Shown: positions 26,946 to 32,363 of the stretch, in pieces
How the letters are laid out: each line of letters opens with the position of its first letter
Position numbering within the stretch: position 1 is the stretch's first letter
Source of the DNA: a virus
Taxonomy: Duplodnaviria > Caudoviricetes
Reading direction: 5' to 3' (one strand)
IMG/VR virus record: IMGVR_UViG_3300033417_000652
Span: 1-32,363 of that record
DNA length: 32,363 nt
Made by a program: the position numbers and the translations under genes
The notes under the pieces: generated by a model
What the model saw: the letters and a program-made list of their open reading frames with translations, nothing else
Told to the model about the DNA's origin: nothing
The model's database searches: none

Positions 26946-28982
26946 TTATGCGGAAGCGGTCTTCCTGGGTTGGGAAGCGGTGCCCTTCGGTGCGGCGCCG
27001 CCCTGGGCGAGCTGTTGGAATTGGAGTTGCGCCTGCATGTCCTGGGCGCGCATCTGTCCGAACTGTTCCCAGCGCCGCACGACGCGCTCCTGGGCTTCCT
27101 CGGCCATGCCGCGGAAGTCCTGGCTGTTCATGAATCGCTCGATGACGCGGCCCCGGATCGCGGCGTCGTACCAGGGGTAGACGGCGGGGTCGTAGATGCT
27201 GCCGGGTCGCATGATCTCCTTCAGCTCGGACTCCTCGTGTCCTTGCTGCTGGAGCTTGGCCTGGTAGATTTCGTCCACGGTGTGGAAATTGAAGGTGCTG
27301 AGAATCAGGTCTCGGTCTTCTTCGCCGCGCTGGGGATGGTTCGGGTTGATGACGCCGGTCTCGAGGAAGCTGTAGAGGTCTTCCTTCACCTGTTCGGCTT
27401 CCAGCGCCTGTCCTGGCTGTCCGAAGAGCTGAATCTGGGTGTGGCTGCGGAGATCGGAGCCTCGGAACGCTTCGATGTCGTACTCTCCGCTGCGGCCGAT
27501 CACGCGCACGGTGCGCGCGTCGTCGGCGAACAGGCTCCAGAGTTGCAGGCACATCGTGCCGGCTTCTGCGGTGCCGGCCAGGACGTTCTCGCTGATCGGT
27601 GTGAGGATCAGGTTGTTGTCGGCCATGTACTGGCGCATGGCGGCGCCGGAACGCATCTGGCCCGGGGTCCTGCCGCTGGTGGGGTCCGACTGCGCGGAAA
27701 TATCGTCCATCTCCTGGCGCGCTCGGTCGGAGTTGCGCGCGATGTACTCCGGCATCTGCGGGACGTGCCCGAAGGTCGGAGCCGATTGGGGGCTGGGCGC
27801 TTCGATGATGACGCCGGGGTGGTTCGAGAGGTTGACGGTTTTGATGCCGGTGCCCTTCTGCACGATGATCGGCGCGTGCCCCTGGTTCTTCTCGAATTCA
27901 CGCTGCGTTGAGCGTGAGCGGTTGTAGGCGCGCTGCGGCTCGCGCAGTTGCTCGACCAGGCCCAGGCCCCAGAATCGGCCGCGTAGCGTGAACCAGTCGA
28001 TCTTGACGAAGGGGATCGGCGAGCCGGAGGCGACGTAGGGATTGCGCTCGCTGCGGATCACGGTCTCGCCCGCGATCAGGATGTAGCGTCCCTCCCACTT
28101 GTTTTTTCGGTTGGGGCGCTCGAAGAACTCGATCACGCGCGCGCGGTGTCCCTTGGTGGACTGCGGCTGGTGTCCGTAGCCGGAGGCGGGGACGGAGGCC
28201 GAGACGAGGTTCGAGATGGTCTCCTCGTAGATTTCGCCGCCTCGGTAGCTCTCGTCGCGCGGAATGGACTCGGCCGGAATGCCCCAACGGTCCTCGATGT
28301 CGCTGACGGGTACGGCGTGGATCTGGCAGAGCCAGCGGCAGGCGGCGATGCCGTCCGACTTGGCGGCCGGGTCGGGGAAGATTTGGAAGGGGCTGGGGTT
28401 CTCGATGTCCACGTCTCCGGGGAACGTGTCCTCGAAGAGGTCCTGGCGCTCCTTCTCGCGCCGCACGCGGTGGTCCATGAAGGCCGCGGGGTCGGGGGAG
28501 TGGTCGTCCTTGGAGCGCCAGTAGACGCGGCTGGCCCGGCCCTTGACGGGGTTCCAGGTGATCTTCATGAAGCCGGAGCCCATGATCGCGGCGTCGAGCA
28601 GCGTGGCGGTCAGCTTGGCCCGGTACCCGGTCTGGAGCTTGAGGTGCTCCCAAACCTTCTCTGCGATCTTGGCCGCGTGGCGGTCGGCGGGGTGGCCGGT
28701 GTTCGGTGCGACCCCCATGTCCGCGCGGAGCTGGAGCAGCTTGGCGACCGAGCGCTCCACCTTGGGCAGGATCAGGTTGGCGGAGTGCAGCTCGCGGTTG
28801 CGGTCCATGTTGACCGGGGCGCGCAGGGTGCCGTCGAGCTCAACGAGATGCGGCTGTCCGGCGAAAAGCGCCGTGCTGATGAACCAGGACCGTTCGAAGT
28901 TCCGCCGCTCGGGCTGCTCCCCATAGGGGTTGACCCGCTCGAGCACGTACCCGAAGGCGTCGTCCTTCTTCAGCCGGACCAA
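26946..28982 (-). CDS. Portal protein (P22-like), 678 aa
   Basis: NLILPKVERSVAKL, DAAIMGSGFMKITW, V.IENPSPFQIFPDP, PF..FWGLGLVEQLREPQRAYN and RSGAAM motifs, plus a Gln-rich C-terminal barrel. It follows terL. TTG start is somewhat uncertain. Confidence 0.9.
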   Translation of the reverse strand: MVRLKKDDAFGYVLERVNPYGEQPERRNFERSWFISTALFAGQPHLVELDGTLRAPVNMDRNRELHSANLILPKVERSVAKLLQLRADMGVAPNTGHPADRHAAKIAEKVWEHLKLQTGYRAKLTATLLDAAIMGSGFMKITWNPVKGRASRVYWRSKDDHSPDPAAFMDHRVRREKERQDLFEDTFPGDVDIENPSPFQIFPDPAAKSDGIAACRWLCQIHAVPVSDIEDRWGIPAESIPRDESYRGGEIYEETISNLVSASVPASGYGHQPQSTKGHRARVIEFFERPNRKNKWEGRYILIAGETVIRSERNPYVASGSPIPFVKIDWFTLRGRFWGLGLVEQLREPQRAYNRSRSTQREFEKNQGHAPIIVQKGTGIKTVNLSNHPGVIIEAPSPQSAPTFGHVPQMPEYIARNSDRARQEMDDISAQSDPTSGRTPGQMRSGAAMRQYMADNNLILTPISENVLAGTAEAGTMCLQLWSLFADDARTVRVIGRSGEYDIEAFRGSDLRSHTQIQLFGQPGQALEAEQVKEDLYSFLETGVINPNHPQRGEEDRDLILSTFNFHTVDEIYQAKLQQQGHEESELKEIMRPGSIYDPAVYPWYDAAIRGRVIERFMNSQDFRGMAEEAQERVVRRWEQFGQMRAQDMQAQLQFQQLAQGGAAPKGTASQPRKTASA

Positions 28983-29252
28983 TTACGATCCAATTCGGAC
29001 TCCTAGCATCTCGGATTCCTGGTCGTCCCGAACCCCATTCTGGAGGGCGTAGGCGCCCCCTACGGAAGGATCATGGGAGGCGAAGAGGGCTCTGGTCAAG
29101 GCGTCCTCTCGTTCCTGGCTGGAGTCGAGCGCCGCGATGAGGGCCTGACGGGTATCGCGTCCGGCCCGCTGGGCCTCGCGGAAGATCCACAGGATGGCCA
29201 CGTAGGGCAGCAGCAGGGCCAGGACCTCGTACACGGCATCGTAGAAGTTCAT
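28983..29252 (-). CDS. Small membrane protein, 89 aa (starts MNFYDAVY)
   Basis: N-terminal TM helix VLALLLPYVAILWIF followed by a helical segment. It fits the terL-portal gap exactly. Confidence 0.65.
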   Translation of the reverse strand: MNFYDAVYEVLALLLPYVAILWIFREAQRAGRDTRQALIAALDSSQEREDALTRALFASHDPSVGGAYALQNGVRDDQESEMLGVRIGS

Positions 29253-29254
29253 GG

Positions 29255-31078
29255 TCAGAATCCGATCATGCGCAGCGGGAGAGGTTCTTCGCCGAGGCTG
29301 CGCTGATACTGGTCCCAGTGAAGTTCGTCGATCGTGCGTGGCCTGCGAACGGGCTCGGCGGTGATCGCGTTGCGGAACCTCAGGTCCTCGACGGTGACGA
29401 GGGCGATGGCCCAGGCCATGAGGAGATCGTCGTGCTGCCCCGGCGGGGCGCTGTACTTGACCACGCGCGAAGACAGGTCGGCTCGGTACCAGGAGAGCTG
29501 CTCGAGCAGCCTGCGCGAGAGCAGGCGGCAACCCTCGCTGCCCTGCGCCAGCTCGGTGGCGATCTTGGACACCAGGTGGAACTTGCTGGTCCCCTGGGTG
29601 TACCAGCCGTACTGGCGTTCCTTGCTGCGTCCGGGGCGCCCGAGCACGGGCCGCAGGCCGATGTTGTAGTAGGCGTGGTGGTCGATCAGGAGCTGGCAGG
29701 TGGCGGTGCCCGGCCCTTCCATCTCGGGCATCAGGTAGCACGGCTCCTCGACGTTGGCGTAGAGGTATCCGATCAGGGCGGCCTTGGTGGCGGTGGTGGG
29801 GCCGTCCATCGTCTGCGAGAACTCGGCGACCTGGATGCGGTCGTGCGCGTCAACGACCTCGATGGCCGCCTCGTCGGCGTCCTTGACGCCGTTGCAGGAG
29901 TCGATGCCGGCGGCGTAGAAGTGCCCCTTCTTCGGCATGGACCAGATGGAGAGCGGGCCGCGTGGGTCCTCGATCAGCTGCGGGCGCCGGCGATCGGCAT
30001 GCACGTCATCGGGACCGCCATCGACGATGTCGCCGACGAAGATGGGGTCCTCGGTGAACTGGCGTGCCGAGGTGATGAGGTGCGGGGCGAAGACGTGTTG
30101 GCCGGTAGCGGCGAACGCTTCCTCGGGGCTGGCCGGGTACTCGCGGTGGAAGACGTCGATGTTGCCGAAGCACTCGTTTGCGATGCACGAGCGGCGCCAG
30201 GCGAGCTGTCCGTAGGTCAGTCCCTCGTTGATGAGCGCCTTCTCCTCGGCGCCGAGCGTTTCGGCGATCTCGCGCGTCTGTTCCTTGCTGACCTCGATGC
30301 AGTAGTCGAAGCTGGGGTCGGCGAACCAGGGGAAGAAGAAACTGATGTAGTCGTTCTTGCCGGCCCTGGCGGCGTACCAGAAGGCGTGCCACCAGTCGCC
30401 TTCGCCCTGCCCGGTGGACTCGTACGAGAGCACGGTCCCGGTGGCCCGCGGCACGACCTGCATGATCGAGGTGGCCTTGCGCTCGGCCTCGAACCAGAAT
30501 GCCGGCTCGGTGCAGTGGATCATGCGGCGGGTGCCGGAGCGCAGTGGCTCCTTTTCCTCGGCCGAGGCGATCTCCAGCAGCGAGTGGATCGGGGCGCCGA
30601 GCTTGATCTCTGCCCGGTTGCTCCTGACCATCGGCACCTCGACGGGGAGCTGACGGATCATCATCTTGGCCTCCTCCAGCATGCGGGAGGCCTTGGTTCC
30701 GACGTCTGCGACGATGGCGGCCTTTGCGTGCGGGGAGCGCAGGATCATCTCGACGCCGGCGCCGAGCCAGTAGGTGGACATGCCCCACTGGCGGGCCTTG
30801 AGGATGGCCATGCGGACGGGATCGCCGTGGCGTTCGAGTCGCTCGCGGACGGTGTCCACGATGCGCTGAGGGCGGTTGAAGGTCCAGTGGATGGGGACGC
30901 CGCCCTCGTGCTTGCCGGCGACCCACAGCATCGCCTCCATGAAGTGCGAGCGGCGCGGGATGGCTTCGCGGCCGAGCAGGAAGCGGCAGTAGAGCGCCTG
31001 GCGCCGCGAATGCTCCTTGGTGCTCTCGTCGATCTTGGCCTTGACGAGCCGCAGGAGATCGCTATCGGGACGGGGCAT
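29255..31078 (-). CDS. terL: Terminase large subunit, about 607 aa (likely start MPRPDSDLL)
   Basis: Walker A ILKARQWGMST, Walker B-type IHCTEPAFW, coupling motif YESTGQG, nuclease residues AAGIDS and HDDLLMA, and REYPA..EEAF. Confidence 0.93.
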   Translation of the reverse strand: MPRPDSDLLRLVKAKIDESTKEHSRRQALYCRFLLGREAIPRRSHFMEAMLWVAGKHEGGVPIHWTFNRPQRIVDTVRERLERHGDPVRMAILKARQWGMSTYWLGAGVEMILRSPHAKAAIVADVGTKASRMLEEAKMMIRQLPVEVPMVRSNRAEIKLGAPIHSLLEIASAEEKEPLRSGTRRMIHCTEPAFWFEAERKATSIMQVVPRATGTVLSYESTGQGEGDWWHAFWYAARAGKNDYISFFFPWFADPSFDYCIEVSKEQTREIAETLGAEEKALINEGLTYGQLAWRRSCIANECFGNIDVFHREYPASPEEAFAATGQHVFAPHLITSARQFTEDPIFVGDIVDGGPDDVHADRRRPQLIEDPRGPLSIWSMPKKGHFYAAGIDSCNGVKDADEAAIEVVDAHDRIQVAEFSQTMDGPTTATKAALIGYLYANVEEPCYLMPEMEGPGTATCQLLIDHHAYYNIGLRPVLGRPGRSKERQYGWYTQGTSKFHLVSKIATELAQGSEGCRLLSRRLLEQLSWYRADLSSRVVKYSAPPGQHDDLLMAWAIALVTVEDLRFRNAITAEPVRRPRTIDELHWDQYQRSLGEEPLPLRMIGF

Positions 31079-31325
31079 CGAGCAGGCGCCTGACGGTGAG
31101 GAGACCCGGCAGCCACGCGGTGGTGGCCACATCGAGGGCGGTGGCGAGGCGCAGATAGGTGGAGATGCGGATGTCGAAGGGGCGTCCGTGGCGGGGCGTG
31201 GAGAGCACGCGATGCACGGTCCCACGACTCAGACCGGCCCGCTTGGCGATCTCCTGGGCGCCCAGGCCCTGCTCGGCGGCCTCCTGTGCGATCGCGTCGC
31301 AGATCCCGACGAGCAGTTGTTCCAT
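31062..31325 (-). CDS. Cro/C1 (XRE)-type helix-turn-helix regulator, 87 aa
   Basis: GLGAQEIAKRAGLSRGTVHRVL..ISTYLRLATALDV pattern. It overlaps the terL start by 17 nt. Confidence 0.85.
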   Translation of the reverse strand: MEQLLVGICDAIAQEAAEQGLGAQEIAKRAGLSRGTVHRVLSTPRHGRPFDIRISTYLRLATALDVATTAWLPGLLTVRRLLDAPSR

Positions 31326-31330
31326 TCATG

Positions 31331-31372
31331 GAACATAGCCCTTGACGCCGCGAGAGCGCAAGGGCTATGTTC
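31331..31372. promoter_or_regulatory. 14-bp perfect inverted repeat forming a symmetric bidirectional sigma70-like promoter/operator
   Basis: GAACATAGCCCTTG-N14-CAAGGGCTATGTTC. The plus strand reads TTGACG-N18-TATGTT. The minus strand reads TTGCGC-N18-TATGTT, ending 6 nt before the HTH ATG. Confidence 0.6.
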
Positions 31373-31377
31373 AGGCT

Positions 31378-31477
31378 CCCTCCTCTGGTGTGCCCGGGCT
31401 CGTAGCATCCCCGTTTCTTCGCGAGAGCGGCGGGGCTCTGTTGCGGGCCCGGGTCTTCTACGCCTTGAAGACCTTTC
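31378..31477 (+). ncRNA. Candidate ~100-nt structured small RNA
   Basis: Lies downstream of the plus-strand promoter. Stems 31392-31407/31439-31454 and 31409-31415/31429-31435 pair fully only on the plus strand (several G:U), with a GCGA loop. A GGTCTTC/GAAGACC hairpin plus TTT follows. Ends are estimated. Confidence 0.4.
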
Positions 31478-31495
31478 GGCGTCTTTCGGCATGAA

Positions 31496-32224
31496 TCACT
31501 CCGGCGGCCCGGCGAACCGCTCTTGCTTGAAGAAGCCGAGGTAGGTGCCCTGGGCGATGAGGAGGTTCGAGTTCGCGGCGCTGCCGAAGGTCTGGGAGAC
31601 CACGAGTCGAATGCGCCAGCCCTTCTGGAGGTAGACCTGTCGGGAGACGTAGGCCTGATCCTTGGGCCAGCCGGAGGTGTAGAAGACGCGCAGGAAGCTG
31701 GTCAGCTCGGGAATGGCGACGAAACCGGCGCCGTCGAGCTTGTCGATGCGGACCGTGGCGTCAACGGTGTCGAAGGAGGCGGTTGGCCCGCTGGCGACCA
31801 GAACCTGACCCGTCGCGATCACGTACCAGCCTTCGACGCCGGCGACGAGAGTGGTGTTGCTGCCGTCCTCGACCTGGATGGGTGAGCCTGGGATGGGCTG
31901 TCCGAAGGTGTGGAAGAGGGGGCCGGCGGCCGGAGTCGGGTCCTTCCGTGGGTAGTCGATCCGGTTCCACGTGACGCTCAGGGTGGCGGGTGCGACCGGC
32001 ACGGACTGGGAGAACGGCGTGGTGTAGGTGACGACGGTGGCGAGCTGGATAGCCGTGCGTTCCGGGTGCGAGTGGGCATCGGGTTCGCCGGGCAGGCGGG
32101 CTTCGATGTTGCGCACGGCTGAGCCGGCCTTGCTGGCGAGATCGTCGATGACGATCTGCATGCGCGCGCGGTCCCACGTCTGTGGGACCTGGAGCGTGCC
32201 GATGCGGATTCTGTCGTCAGGCAC
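31496..32224 (-). CDS. C1q/TNF-like jelly-roll protein, 242 aa (probable trimeric fibre/knob)
   Basis: GVEGWYVI, VYLQKGWRIRLVVSQ and TYLGFF match the C1q-type G.Y.h, L..G..h.h and terminal TF.GF strands. There is a short N-terminal helical segment. The GTG start overlaps the upstream gene by 8 nt. Confidence 0.6.
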   Translation of the reverse strand: MPDDRIRIGTLQVPQTWDRARMQIVIDDLASKAGSAVRNIEARLPGEPDAHSHPERTAIQLATVVTYTTPFSQSVPVAPATLSVTWNRIDYPRKDPTPAAGPLFHTFGQPIPGSPIQVEDGSNTTLVAGVEGWYVIATGQVLVASGPTASFDTVDATVRIDKLDGAGFVAIPELTSFLRVFYTSGWPKDQAYVSRQVYLQKGWRIRLVVSQTFGSAANSNLLIAQGTYLGFFKQERFAGPPE

Positions 32225-32363
32225 TGGATACGCCGCGGTTGCCGCCGGCGAGGCGCCGGAAGGTGGCTTCGATCTCGTCCTCGGGGTCGGCGTCGGCCGG
32301 CTGGCCGAGCTTCCTTGCAGTTAGGCCCTTGAGCTCGAGGAGCTGCTTGATGGCGGCGGCCTT
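32217..32363 (-). CDS. C-terminal fragment of a gene, possibly terminase small subunit
   Basis: Open frame from the window edge, KAAAIKQLLELKGLTARKLGQPADADPEDEIEATFRRLAGGNRGVSSA*. It resembles the TerS C-terminal A...L..L.G helix plus tail and lies upstream of terL. Confidence 0.45.
   Translation of the reverse strand, partial: KAAAIKQLLELKGLTARKLGQPADADPEDEIEATFRRLAGGNRGVSSA

Larger units (their letters stand above)
226..32363 (-). mobile_element. Virion morphogenesis module of a podovirus-like phage/prophage (extends beyond the window)
   Basis: Contiguous co-oriented terL-portal-scaffold-capsid-adaptor-nozzle-ejection gene order. No tape measure or sheath was recognised. Confidence 0.9.

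Noticed and set aside
30496-30522. Terminase Walker B reading TE instead of DE (IHCTEPAFW)
   Set aside because: H.(S/T)E.AFW variants are common in this terminase type, so this is not evidence of inactivation.
29255-31225. 656-aa terL start, and the extended starts of 28983-29741, 26010-26924, 25180-26313 and 23295-23933
   Set aside because: The extensions overlap neighbouring real genes out of frame. Downstream starts with SD or stop-start coupling fit better.
1-32363. CRISPR array, DGR template/variable repeats, IS elements, introns or inteins
   Set aside because: No regular repeat-spacer units, long repeat pairs, reverse transcriptase, transposase or intein motifs were seen by eye. A self dot-plot would be needed to exclude diverged repeats.

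Overview
This high-GC window is one minus-strand virion morphogenesis operon of a tailed phage or prophage with short-tailed (podovirus-like, P22/T7-type) architecture. The order from right to left is: C-terminal fragment of a probable small terminase; a C1q/TNF-like protein; a structured intergenic region; a Cro/C1-type HTH gene; large terminase; a small membrane protein; portal; a decoration-like protein; a Zn-ribbon protein; scaffold; HK97-fold major capsid; three small ORFs (two membrane-anchored); head-tail adaptor; a 230-aa virion protein; a 2975-aa tail nozzle-like protein; three probable ejection proteins (208, 448 and 3100 aa); a lipoprotein; and a terminator. Two things stand out. 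First, the giant nozzle carries about four LamG-like domains and a GxSAG alpha/beta-hydrolase (esterase) nested inside one of them. Second, a 14-bp palindrome forms a symmetric two-way promoter that would drive a leaderless HTH-terL transcript one way and a G:U-rich hairpin RNA the other way. No integrase, replication genes, tape measure, sheath, endolysin, tRNA or CRISPR array was recognised. All product calls come from motif reading and gene order by eye, not database searches.
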